The notes beneath the pieces are model-generated. The model made no database searches. It was not told where the DNA came from and saw only the letters and a program-made list of their open reading frames with translations. Shown here one piece after another: positions 40,777-49,376 of a DNA stretch of 64,000 nucleotides. The position numbers and the translations under genes were made by a program. Where the stretch lies: IMG/VR virus record IMGVR_UViG_3300035670_000135, positions 1 through 64,000 of that record. One strand, written 5' to 3'. Every line of letters starts with the position of its first letter. Position 1 is the stretch's first letter. Origin of the DNA: an uncultured virus (IMG/VR IMGVR_UViG_3300035670_000135) (taxonomy: Duplodnaviria; Heunggongvirae; Uroviricota; Caudoviricetes).

Positions 40777-43044
40777 ATGTCAGAGTTATATGAAGACCTA
40801 TTGCAGGATTCAAGCGAATCATTTGAGGATGGTAATTATTTTCTTGTAACTATAACTGAATTAGAATTAGAGCAAGAATATCCTGTTGAGTTTAGATGGA
40901 AATTTAAAGACGGAAGTTTTGGACAGTGGGGCCCTGTAAAAACTTTAAATTCACAAGCAAAAACAGTTCCAGTAGCACCAGACTTAAATTCTGCAGACGT
41001 AGAAGGACTTCCTGGATTTATTAAAGTATCATGGGGAGGATTTTCTGGAGGAACAGTAGCAACAGATTTCGATAGAGTAAATATTTACATTACTGGCGGA
41101 TCATTCGGTGACGGAACTAAACCAGCGGGATTTTTTAAGAAAGCAGAAACAAGGACATTTCCAGCAGAGCCTGGAATTTATATAGTGGTTCTCAAAATAC
41201 AAACTGTTAATGGAGCAGAGTCATTAGCTAGTATATCTAGATCTGTTACCGTTGCTCCACTAGAAGAACAAGTTCAAGCTCCAGTAACCCCAAAAGGATT
41301 CTCTTCAGAAAGAGTTTTGGGTGGCATACAGGTTAATTGGGACGGCACATATACAGGCGACGCTGAATGGTATGGATTTCAAGCTGTAAATATATATGCA
41401 GGAACATCTTCTTCTGCAACAGGTGGAACATATATAAAAGTTGGCCAAATGACGGCTAATAAAACTACAAATAAAATAGTAATTCCAGTTGACGGAACAT
41501 ATGTTAGATACGATACTCCAGTATACATACATGCAAGTTCTGTAAATAGAGCTAGTCCGCCAGTAGAATCTTCAATATCTGCAAATGTAACAAGTCAGGC
41601 TTTAGGTGCAAGATCTGCAATAGCTAGTGATTTGGCAGATCAAATTATTACAAATGCTAAATTGGTAGACGATGCAGTTACTGCTGCAAAAATTGCTACA
41701 TCAGCAATTACAGAGACTAAAATTGCATCTGATGCTGTTACTTCTCCTAAAATTGTAGCAAATGCAATTACGGCAGACAAGATAGTTTCTTCAGCAATTA
41801 CAGCTGATAAGATTGCAACAAATGCAGTTACTGCTGGTAAAATTTTAGCTGGAACTATTGATGTAACAAAACTTTCTGCTGGAACAATATCTGTAAATAA
41901 TCTTGAATCTGGAACTCTTAGCGCTACATCCTTTATTCGTGCAGGAACTGCGGGTTCTTCTAGAATAGAAATATCTAGCGCTGCCGTAGGAGCTGTTGCG
42001 GCAGGACTATACATTTACAACGGAGGAACTGCAGTATTACAAGCTCCACTTGGGGGAGGCTTGACAGTAACAGGATCACTAACAGCAACACAAATATCTA
42101 CATCATCTGGTGCTTTTTCTGTAAATACAAGTGGAATTTTAACTGCCACATCGGCAGATATTTCTGGAACATTAAAAGCTACTGCTGGATATATAGGGTC
42201 AGCCAACGGAGCTAGTGGATGGACAATAACATCAAGCGGACTTCAAAGTACATCTGGATCTGTAGTTTTAAATGGAACAACTGGAGAAATCACTGGCGCA
42301 ACAGTAACAGGTGGAACTGTTCAAACTTCATCTGGCACATACTCTGTAATTATGAATGGAGCTAGCAATGCATTACAATTTAAAGTTGCAGGCTCGATAT
42401 CTGGGAATGTATTGCCTCTTGGAACAGCTGGCATACTTATGCATTACGGAAGTACACCAGACTCAACAGGTTCAAGCTATCCAAAGGTGCAATTAAGTTT
42501 TTCAACAGCATTATTGCAGGGCAGTTCTTCATATTATGTACAATCAACAAATTCAGGCAATAGCGCTCTTGGGGATTTTAGAATGTTTAACGGGCTCCAG
42601 GTAGATGGTTCATCTACATTTAATGGCACGATGTTTGCTCCAAACTTAAGCACATCAACGGCTGGAACTAATTTAAGAGTAGCAACAGGAGCAATTGGAG
42701 AAATTCAAGAAACAAGCGCATCTAGTATTAGATTTAAAGAGAATATAAATGATATATCTACTTTAAACGATTTAAATCCGAGCAACTTATTAAACCTACC
42801 AGTAAGATCTTTTACATATAAATCTGGATACATATCTGAAGAGGACGATAGATTTAATAAGCCTCTCCCTGGATTCATTGCTGAAGAGGTAGAAGAACAC
42901 TACCCAATAGCGGTAGATTATTCAGAGGGGCAACCACATACTTGGAATGAAAGATTTATTGTACCAGGAATGCTAGCCCTAATTCAAAATTTAAATCAAG
43001 AGCTAATTAGTATTAAAACAAGGCTTGACGCCCTAGAAGGATAA
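40777..43044 (+). CDS. Central tail fibre/spike with intramolecular chaperone (peptidase S74-like) C-terminus
   Basis: 10-aa [AS][VI]TAxKI repeats; SSIRFKENI...GFIAEEV...coiled-coil end. Confidence 0.82.
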   Translation: MSELYEDLLQDSSESFEDGNYFLVTITELELEQEYPVEFRWKFKDGSFGQWGPVKTLNSQAKTVPVAPDLNSADVEGLPGFIKVSWGGFSGGTVATDFDRVNIYITGGSFGDGTKPAGFFKKAETRTFPAEPGIYIVVLKIQTVNGAESLASISRSVTVAPLEEQVQAPVTPKGFSSERVLGGIQVNWDGTYTGDAEWYGFQAVNIYAGTSSSATGGTYIKVGQMTANKTTNKIVIPVDGTYVRYDTPVYIHASSVNRASPPVESSISANVTSQALGARSAIASDLADQIITNAKLVDDAVTAAKIATSAITETKIASDAVTSPKIVANAITADKIVSSAITADKIATNAVTAGKILAGTIDVTKLSAGTISVNNLESGTLSATSFIRAGTAGSSRIEISSAAVGAVAAGLYIYNGGTAVLQAPLGGGLTVTGSLTATQISTSSGAFSVNTSGILTATSADISGTLKATAGYIGSANGASGWTITSSGLQSTSGSVVLNGTTGEITGATVTGGTVQTSSGTYSVIMNGASNALQFKVAGSISGNVLPLGTAGILMHYGSTPDSTGSSYPKVQLSFSTALLQGSSSYYVQSTNSGNSALGDFRMFNGLQVDGSSTFNGTMFAPNLSTSTAGTNLRVATGAIGEIQETSASSIRFKENINDISTLNDLNPSNLLNLPVRSFTYKSGYISEEDDRFNKPLPGFIAEEVEEHYPIAVDYSEGQPHTWNERFIVPGMLALIQNLNQELISIKTRLDALEG

Positions 43045-43075
43045 TGGTATCCTTTAGGTCTACATTAGGAGAATA

Positions 43076-43231
43076 ATGGAAAAAGCAGAACTAGTTATCA
43101 CCGCCCTTCAACAACGCATTGGAGAGATTGTATCAAATTATGAAACTCAAGTTGCAATTTTACGTGCAGAAGTTACTCAACTTCTTAATGAGAAAAATGC
43201 TTCGAAGACCGAAGACAGCGACAGTAATTAG
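43076..43231 (+). CDS. Small coiled-coil protein, 51 aa (not in ORF track)
   Basis: SD AGGAG; MEKAELVITALQQRIGEIVSNYETQVAILRAEVTQLLNEKNASKTEDSDSN. Confidence 0.7.
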   Translation: MEKAELVITALQQRIGEIVSNYETQVAILRAEVTQLLNEKNASKTEDSDSN

Positions 43232-43586
43232 TCCTACTATATTCCCATCAGGTCTTGCAGTCAAGACAGATAAGGGAATATATTGGATTAAGGACAACAA
43301 GCGCTATAAGCTTATTTCTGATCGTGCCGCCAAGTCGTGGTTCTTTACAACCGTAAATGCCACAGAACAAGCGGTGGCAGGAATAAAGCTAGTAGGCAAA
43401 TTAGGATTCCGTGATGGCTCTTTGATAAAGAATATAGCGGATGGTAAAATGTATTTAATATCGCAGAATAAAAAGCGGCATATAGTCGACCCAGATTCTT
43501 TTGATAGATACGGCCTAAACCGTAAATCTGTTATTGAAGTATCTGAGGCGGAAGCAAATATGCATGAACTAGGAGATAACTTATGA
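43197..43586 (+). CDS. Hypothetical protein with two internal repeats
   Basis: GIYWIKDNKRYKL / GKMYLISQNKKRHI repeats; start probably 43188 or 43197 rather than 43119. Confidence 0.6.
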   Translation: MLRRPKTATVISPTIFPSGLAVKTDKGIYWIKDNKRYKLISDRAAKSWFFTTVNATEQAVAGIKLVGKLGFRDGSLIKNIADGKMYLISQNKKRHIVDPDSFDRYGLNRKSVIEVSEAEANMHELGDNL

Positions 43587-44020
43587 CAGAATATAATCCC
43601 GACGTAATATTTAATGCGGGTGAGCCTTTAGATGTTAATAAGTTAAATCAAATTCAAAGAAATGTTACAAGCGTATTCCAGTCTAATTACAACCTAAGCC
43701 AGACTACAAGTCAGACTATCGGCAATCTTCAAAAAGAAGTAAAGGTATTTCCTATTGTAGAAATTGGATCAGTAGAAATAGAGACAGCCCCTGGAGCCTG
43801 CCGTTCTGATGCAGTAACTTTTAAAAATAAAGCATTTACAGATGTTCCAATTATTGTTGCGAGTATAGCTTCTGATATTAATAAAGACTCTGCTGGATTA
43901 ACGATAAGAGCATCGACATCAAGCACTACTCAGGGTAGAATAGAAGTATGCTCAACTGATAAGCTAAGTCAAAAAGTTAAAATTAATTACATAGCTATTC
44001 AAATGAAAGAGATTGAATAA
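43583..44020 (+). CDS. Virion protein with H-type-lectin-like C-terminus
   Basis: VTFKNKAFTDVPIIVAS...INYIAI pattern. Confidence 0.6.
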   Translation: MTEYNPDVIFNAGEPLDVNKLNQIQRNVTSVFQSNYNLSQTTSQTIGNLQKEVKVFPIVEIGSVEIETAPGACRSDAVTFKNKAFTDVPIIVASIASDINKDSAGLTIRASTSSTTQGRIEVCSTDKLSQKVKINYIAIQMKEIE

Positions 44021-44023
44021 CCC

Positions 44024-44051
44024 TTGACAATATAAAACCAAATGCTACAAT
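44024..44051 (+). promoter_or_regulatory. Strong promoter at the start of the replication module
   Basis: TTGACA-16 nt-TACAAT with TG extension. Confidence 0.7.
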
Positions 44052-44101
44052 TCGTAGCATATAAACTGCTATCTGCAGTTTATTACTAACTTAAGGAAAT
44101 A

Positions 44102-44908
44102 ATGGCAAACGATCTTAAATGGATGTTATCGTCCGATCAACAGATTCCGTATCAAGATGATAAAGCAATTGCTTTATGGTTTAAAGTAATGAAATGGTTT
44201 AAACCAGATGTAGTAGATATTCTTGGCGACACCGACGACCAAGCTTGCTATAGCAGGTTTACCGAAGGAAGATCCGCAGAGTTTTTAAGAATGCACAAAG
44301 ATGAGAACGGCCAGATGATTGTTCCATTGATGGAGCACGAAGCAAAAGGTGCTAGAGATTTCTATGCAGAAGTAAGAAAGGTAGCAGGTAAGAATGCCCA
44401 GTTATTTTCTGCTTTAGGTAACCATGACATCAGAATATTTAATTATATAGATGCAAAGCTTCCAGATTATATTAAGCACGTAACGCCAGAAAATCTTTGG
44501 AACCTAGATTCTTTGGGGTATGATTACATTTATTATAATGAACTTCCTAAGAAAAGATTTGGAGATATTCACGTTCATCACGGCCTATCAGTAGCAGATA
44601 CTGGGGCGGTACGTAAAGACATGAACGATCTTCAGGTATCCTTAATTCGTGGACACTCACATAGAATTGCCTCTCATTTCCAAACATATGAACTAAGAAA
44701 TAATGGCAAGGGAGAAACAATACGTGGCTATGAAATCGGACATATGTGTGATGAAAAAAGTGACGGCATGAAATATGCTACTCACCATGATTGGCAAAAG
44801 GGATTTGCGGTTGCTCATATTGAGGCTGGCAAATACCCACATATACAAATGATTCATATCTCCCCAGATTATTCTTGTGTTGTAGATGGGAAATATTTTA
44901 AATTATGA
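44102..44908 (+). CDS. Calcineurin-like metallophosphoesterase
   Basis: SDQQ, LGDTDD, GNHD, HHG and GHSH motifs. Confidence 0.88.
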   Translation: MANDLKWMLSSDQQIPYQDDKAIALWFKVMKWFKPDVVDILGDTDDQACYSRFTEGRSAEFLRMHKDENGQMIVPLMEHEAKGARDFYAEVRKVAGKNAQLFSALGNHDIRIFNYIDAKLPDYIKHVTPENLWNLDSLGYDYIYYNELPKKRFGDIHVHHGLSVADTGAVRKDMNDLQVSLIRGHSHRIASHFQTYELRNNGKGETIRGYEIGHMCDEKSDGMKYATHHDWQKGFAVAHIEAGKYPHIQMIHISPDYSCVVDGKYFKL

Positions 44909-45093
44909 TGAAGTGTAAAAAATGCGGTGGTAGAGTCTTTGTGGACAGAGTCTTCTCGCAGAAATTGCATATAGAACTTTTCTGCCTATTATGCGGAAAA
45001 AGGTGGATGTTGAATAAGGATAGAAACCCTTTAGGCACATGGCTAGAACAAAAAGAACTAGAACAACAAAAGCATTACTCTATTTCTTCTTAG
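44905..45093 (+). CDS. Zn-ribbon protein
   Basis: CKKCGG...CLLCG. Confidence 0.75.
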   Translation: MMKCKKCGGRVFVDRVFSQKLHIELFCLLCGKRWMLNKDRNPLGTWLEQKELEQQKHYSISS

Positions 45094-45527
45094 AGGGCAA
45101 GATACATAAATCCCTTTATGTGTCTCGTGCAAAAGATGAGGTAACTGCTTGGTGCTATCCTGATAAACGAAGAGTTATGTATAATTATTCTTTAGTTAAG
45201 AAGTATATGAAAAGGGCTTATACTTTAAAAGAAGCAGCTAAAGTATTAAATAAGCATAAGATTACAATTGAAGATTATATTTTGGCGGGGAAGATCCAGG
45301 CTCCAACTAAAATATATCCAATTAGTAATCCTGAATCTACGGGATGGTCTCAATATATGTTAACGGAGGAAGATATCTTAAAGATACATCAGTTTATATT
45401 AGATGATGGATATTCTTCCTCCACCCCCTCCCGCACAGAATTAGTGGCTCTTCTCAGAAACGATATAATATTGTATACTAAGACAACCGATGGTCGGTTT
45501 ATCCCAGTATGGAAGGCGGAAGATTAA
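45039..45527 (+). CDS. HTH DNA-binding protein (MerR/excisionase-like)
   Basis: AYTLKEAAKVLNKHKITIEDYILAGKI...YMLTEEDI. Confidence 0.7.
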   Translation: MARTKRTRTTKALLYFFLEGKIHKSLYVSRAKDEVTAWCYPDKRRVMYNYSLVKKYMKRAYTLKEAAKVLNKHKITIEDYILAGKIQAPTKIYPISNPESTGWSQYMLTEEDILKIHQFILDDGYSSSTPSRTELVALLRNDIILYTKTTDGRFIPVWKAED

Positions 45528-45634
45528 TGGCCAATAGATTTGTTTTATGTGATATTTGTAATAAGGAAATAGAATTACGTTGGGGTATATTTGGACACGA
45601 TGCCTTGAGTAGACATAAGAAGGAGCACAAATAA
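45527..45634 (+). CDS. 35-aa C2H2-type zinc-finger microprotein (not in ORF track)
   Basis: MANRFVLCDICNKEIELRWGIFGHDALSRHKKEHK; TAATG coupling at both ends. Confidence 0.7.
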   Translation: MANRFVLCDICNKEIELRWGIFGHDALSRHKKEHK

Positions 45635-45843
45635 TGTCTGATACAAAAGTAAAGGTTGAACTGTCGTTTACCAGAAATCTTGGCAACTATGAAAGCATAA
45701 GAATTGGATTAGGCGTAGAAGATATCGTAAGGTCTGGGGAGAACGTTACTTCGGCGACTGAGCGTGTATATAAGTTTGTTGAAGAGAAGCTCATTGAGAA
45801 GACCCGTGAAGTAGAAGAGGAATTGCGTGGCAGTAAAAAATAA
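45634..45843 (+). CDS. Hypothetical phage protein
   Basis: TRNLGNYESIRI motif; SD AAGGAG. Confidence 0.75.
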   Translation: MSDTKVKVELSFTRNLGNYESIRIGLGVEDIVRSGENVTSATERVYKFVEEKLIEKTREVEEELRGSKK

Positions 45844-46150
45844 AGAACCCTACATGCTAATAGCCTACTATGAAGATTTGTATTCTCAGAAGTATAGCAG
45901 GAAGCCAAAGATAAATAGGTTTCGTGAGAAGTGGGCTATGCAAGATGTCATTGATAGTGTAGGATATGACCGTGCAAGGGAACTGCTCGATTATTATTTT
46001 AGAACAGGTAAGAACGGTCATCCATTGAACTTCTTTTTTTACAACTTTGATAGAATGGATCAGGTTGAGAAGGAAAGAGAAAAAGACAGAATTAATAGGT
46101 CTATGCTAAGGCAACAGACTAAGACCCTAGTAGAAGGCGGACAGGAATGA
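45827..46150 (+). CDS. Hypothetical protein (possible helicase loader/initiator partner)
   Basis: Directly upstream of and overlapping the DnaB gene. Confidence 0.6.
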   Translation: MAVKNKEPYMLIAYYEDLYSQKYSRKPKINRFREKWAMQDVIDSVGYDRARELLDYYFRTGKNGHPLNFFFYNFDRMDQVEKEREKDRINRSMLRQQTKTLVEGGQE

Positions 46151-47400
46151 ATATAGAGGCTAAGGTAATAACATCAGTATGCAAGAATAAAGATATTAGC
46201 ACTCTACTGACTTCAAATGTTGATGAGCTATTTACTGCCTATCGTGATGTATGGGAGAGTTTAAAGAGTTATTATTACAAGTTTAAGTCTGTTCCAGAGG
46301 TAGGTATCCTTATGGAAAGACACAAAGACTTTGAGCCAGCGCCAGATGTTAAAGGAGAGACGGGCTACTATCTTGACCAACTAAAGAATGATTATGTTTC
46401 TAGCAGACTTAAGACTATTATTTTGCAGGCAGGCTCTGCATTAAAAGAAGATTCACCGCCTAGGGTTCTTGCTGAAATGCAAAGTAGGCTGGCAACGCTA
46501 AGCCGTCATACAAATAATATCAGAGACGTAGATCTCACAGACATTGAATTAGCAGAGCAGCACTTCTCTAATGTTAAAGAGCGTTCTGCAGTAATGGGCG
46601 GAAGTCCAGGAATCCTCACAGGCATTGAAGCAATTGATAAGGCATACCCTACAGGTATGGCCCCAGGACATTTAATTGTTGCTATTGGCTGGCCAGGAAA
46701 AGGTAAGACTTGGTTTACCGCATACCTTGCATGTAAAGCATGGGAACTAGGATTCAAGCCAATGATTGTATCCTTAGAAATGTCACCAGAGAATATGCGT
46801 GATCGTATTTATACTATCATGGGCTCAGGACTATTTAAAAATAGCGACTTCTCTAAAGGCGATGTGAACATTGATGACTTTAGAGCGTGGGGTAAAAAGA
46901 AGTTTGAGAATAAGAACGGTTTTATCCTAGTATCTAATGAAGGTCTTGCGGATGTTACTCCATCTGTTGTGCAGGGTAAGATTGACCAGCATAAGCCAGA
47001 TTTAGTTATTCTAGATTACCACCAGCTATTTAACGATAACAAACGAAGCAACTCAGAAGTAGAGCGTAACCGTAATATCTCTCGTGAGTTTAAATTGCTT
47101 GCAGTATCAAATAATATTCCGATTATCGACATCACCGCTGCAACGGCAGACGATATATCGGACCAAGATGAACCACCAATGATGAGTCAAGTTGCATGGT
47201 CAAAGGCAATTGAATACGATGCCGATATGGCGATGGCTATCCACAAGTATCCGAATACAAATATGATTGAAGTGGTTAGCAGAAAGAATCGACATGGACA
47301 TGAGTTTGATTTTTATCTTGACTGGGATATCAACAGGGGAATTATCAAGCCCATCTACGAGAATTTGCCAAATCTAAATAATGATCCACAGGTCAATTAA
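46147..47400 (+). CDS. dnaB: Replicative DNA helicase (DnaB family)
   Basis: GWPGKGKT Walker A, SLEM, VILDY, IEYDAD, KNRHG. Confidence 0.93.
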   Translation: MNIEAKVITSVCKNKDISTLLTSNVDELFTAYRDVWESLKSYYYKFKSVPEVGILMERHKDFEPAPDVKGETGYYLDQLKNDYVSSRLKTIILQAGSALKEDSPPRVLAEMQSRLATLSRHTNNIRDVDLTDIELAEQHFSNVKERSAVMGGSPGILTGIEAIDKAYPTGMAPGHLIVAIGWPGKGKTWFTAYLACKAWELGFKPMIVSLEMSPENMRDRIYTIMGSGLFKNSDFSKGDVNIDDFRAWGKKKFENKNGFILVSNEGLADVTPSVVQGKIDQHKPDLVILDYHQLFNDNKRSNSEVERNRNISREFKLLAVSNNIPIIDITAATADDISDQDEPPMMSQVAWSKAIEYDADMAMAIHKYPNTNMIEVVSRKNRHGHEFDFYLDWDINRGIIKPIYENLPNLNNDPQVN

Positions 47401-47680
47401 AAAGTTTCAAGTAGGTGTAGAGTTTGCAGATGACTCAGATATGATAAGAATTAAAAATCAATTTGAGAATTTGATAACTCATGACATGAGAATAAAAGGA
47501 TATGCAAGGGTCCTTGACATTGACCCCGCATTTTCGGTAGAATTTACAGGCGAGACATGGAAGTTCCTAATGACTATCCATGGTATATATGTAGGAAAGA
47601 AGAAGGCATGGCAGTCAGAGGGGATTACACAGGGCAAGCTGATACCTCGCTCTATGCGCCCAACCACATCAAAGCAATAG
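47381..47680 (+). CDS. Hypothetical protein
   Basis: 99-aa ORF between helicase and primase, overlapping both. Confidence 0.65.
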   Translation: MIHRSIKKFQVGVEFADDSDMIRIKNQFENLITHDMRIKGYARVLDIDPAFSVEFTGETWKFLMTIHGIYVGKKKAWQSEGITQGKLIPRSMRPTTSKQ

Positions 47681-48606
47681 TCAAAGGACTAGGTCTTAGA
47701 ATTGTTGGCGGCTCAAATAATAACATAGTGCTGTATTGCCCTTTTCATAATAACACTCACACGCCATCTTTTTATATCAGCGAAGAAACTGGAGCTTGGC
47801 TATGCTTTAACCCGTCATGCGGAGAGGCAGGCGGCATAAAGGATCTTGTAAAGAAGATATCAAATAAGAATGAGTTTGAAACTTTAAGGTTTATATTATC
47901 CAAGAAGTCAGAAGCATCAGATGCATTTCAAGACACCCTAAGTTCATTATTTGATGAGAAGCCAGACTTTGAAGAATTCTCACAAGAGGTATTAGACAAT
48001 CTATATAATGAGTTAGGCACAAATGAAGAGGCAAAAGACTATTTTAAATCTAGAGGAATAAATGAAGAGTCTATGCAATACTTTAGATTAGGATATTCTT
48101 CTAAAATGGGAATGGCTATTGTCCCAGTACATAGCCCAGATGGTCTGCCAGTAGGACTTGTAGGCAGATCAATAAAAGAAAAGAAGTTTAAGAATAGTAC
48201 TAACCTTCCTAAGAATAAAACAATGTTTAATATCCATAGGGCTAAACGCATTGGAGAGAATGTTATTATTGTTGAGTCCACATTTGATGCCATACGTGTC
48301 CATCAGGCAGGATTTCCAAATGTTGTTGCAACCTTGGGCGGGCATTTATCAAAAGAGAATATTGGTTTACTAAATAGATATTTTAATAGAATAATAATAA
48401 TGACAGATTCAGATTTGGCTGGAAGAGAATTAGGACTTAGTATCGCCAGCCGATTAAGAAATAAAGACATCTTGTGGGCTTCTTACGAATATGGTAAGAT
48501 ATACCCACATGAAGCAAAAGATGCAGGCGATATGTCTGAAAAAGATATTATTGCATGTATAAAGAACGCAGTTTCTGATATCGAATATCGATCCTGGAAC
48601 TCATGA
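47608..48606 (+). CDS. dnaG: DNA primase (CHC2 Zn finger + TOPRIM)
   Basis: CPFH...CFNPSC; IIVESTFDA; DSDLAG; KDAGD. Confidence 0.92.
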   Translation: MAVRGDYTGQADTSLYAPNHIKAIVKGLGLRIVGGSNNNIVLYCPFHNNTHTPSFYISEETGAWLCFNPSCGEAGGIKDLVKKISNKNEFETLRFILSKKSEASDAFQDTLSSLFDEKPDFEEFSQEVLDNLYNELGTNEEAKDYFKSRGINEESMQYFRLGYSSKMGMAIVPVHSPDGLPVGLVGRSIKEKKFKNSTNLPKNKTMFNIHRAKRIGENVIIVESTFDAIRVHQAGFPNVVATLGGHLSKENIGLLNRYFNRIIIMTDSDLAGRELGLSIASRLRNKDILWASYEYGKIYPHEAKDAGDMSEKDIIACIKNAVSDIEYRSWNS

Positions 48607-48657
48607 TATAATGGATAAACAGACGGATATATACCGTAAACTATAGAGGAGAAATAA

Positions 48658-49332
48658 ATGAGTATAGTAAAAGGTCTAAAGGACCTAAACAAAGCGCTAG
48701 ACAAGCCTACCTACACTGGTGGGGAAGAAAATAAGGGTCGCTGGTTAAAGATTGAAGACGGCGAAAGCATCAAGATTAGATTCCTACAGGAACTAGATCC
48801 AGATTCACCAAATTATAATGACAAGCTCGGTTGCGGATTTATCGCATTAGAGCACACAAATCCAAAAGATTACCGCCGTAAAGCTCTAGATACAATGGAG
48901 ACAGAAGGCCGTGATTGGGCACAAGAACAACACCGTAAAGATCCAAAGGCTGGATGGAAGGCAAGACCACGTCTTTATATTAACGTGCTTGTTGACGACG
49001 GCAAGAATGATCCATACGTAGCAATCCTTTCTCAAGGAACAAGCGGAAAATCTGTTACACCAACTCTAATTGAGTATGCTGGTGAAATGGGAAGCATTAC
49101 AAATCTAATGTGGAGAATCAAGAGAACTGGTACAAAGACAGACACCAGTTACACAATTATTCCACTTGCAAAAGATGAGAAGCCTTTTGATTTCTCTAAC
49201 CTAGAGTTATTTGATCTAGAGAAGACAGCAGTAAGACATGTTCCTTATGCTGAGCAAGAAGCTTTTTACACAGGTGATAGTTCACAAGAAGAATACAGCT
49301 CTGCAACTGGCAGTAGCGAAGTCTGGGCATAG
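48658..49332 (+). CDS. Single-stranded DNA-binding protein (gp32-like)
   Basis: RWLKIEDGESIKIRFL...IKRTGTKTDTSY; acidic tail ending in W; own promoter TGATATAAT at 48604-12. Confidence 0.75.
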   Translation: MSIVKGLKDLNKALDKPTYTGGEENKGRWLKIEDGESIKIRFLQELDPDSPNYNDKLGCGFIALEHTNPKDYRRKALDTMETEGRDWAQEQHRKDPKAGWKARPRLYINVLVDDGKNDPYVAILSQGTSGKSVTPTLIEYAGEMGSITNLMWRIKRTGTKTDTSYTIIPLAKDEKPFDFSNLELFDLEKTAVRHVPYAEQEAFYTGDSSQEEYSSATGSSEVWA

Positions 49333-49345
49333 ACCAGTAATATTG

Positions 49346-49365
49346 TGGGGGCCTTCGGGCCCCCA
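49346..49365 (+). terminator. GC-rich hairpin with C(UUCG)G tetraloop between ssb and dnaE
   Basis: TGGGGGCC-TTCG-GGCCCCCA; only a weak U-tract follows. Confidence 0.65.
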
Positions 49366-49376
49366 TTAAGGCGGTT

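Noticed and set aside
41640..41880. 30-bp periodic repeats in the tail fibre gene as a separate element
   Set aside because: They encode the 10-aa A[VI]TAxKI fibre repeat, a protein-level feature.
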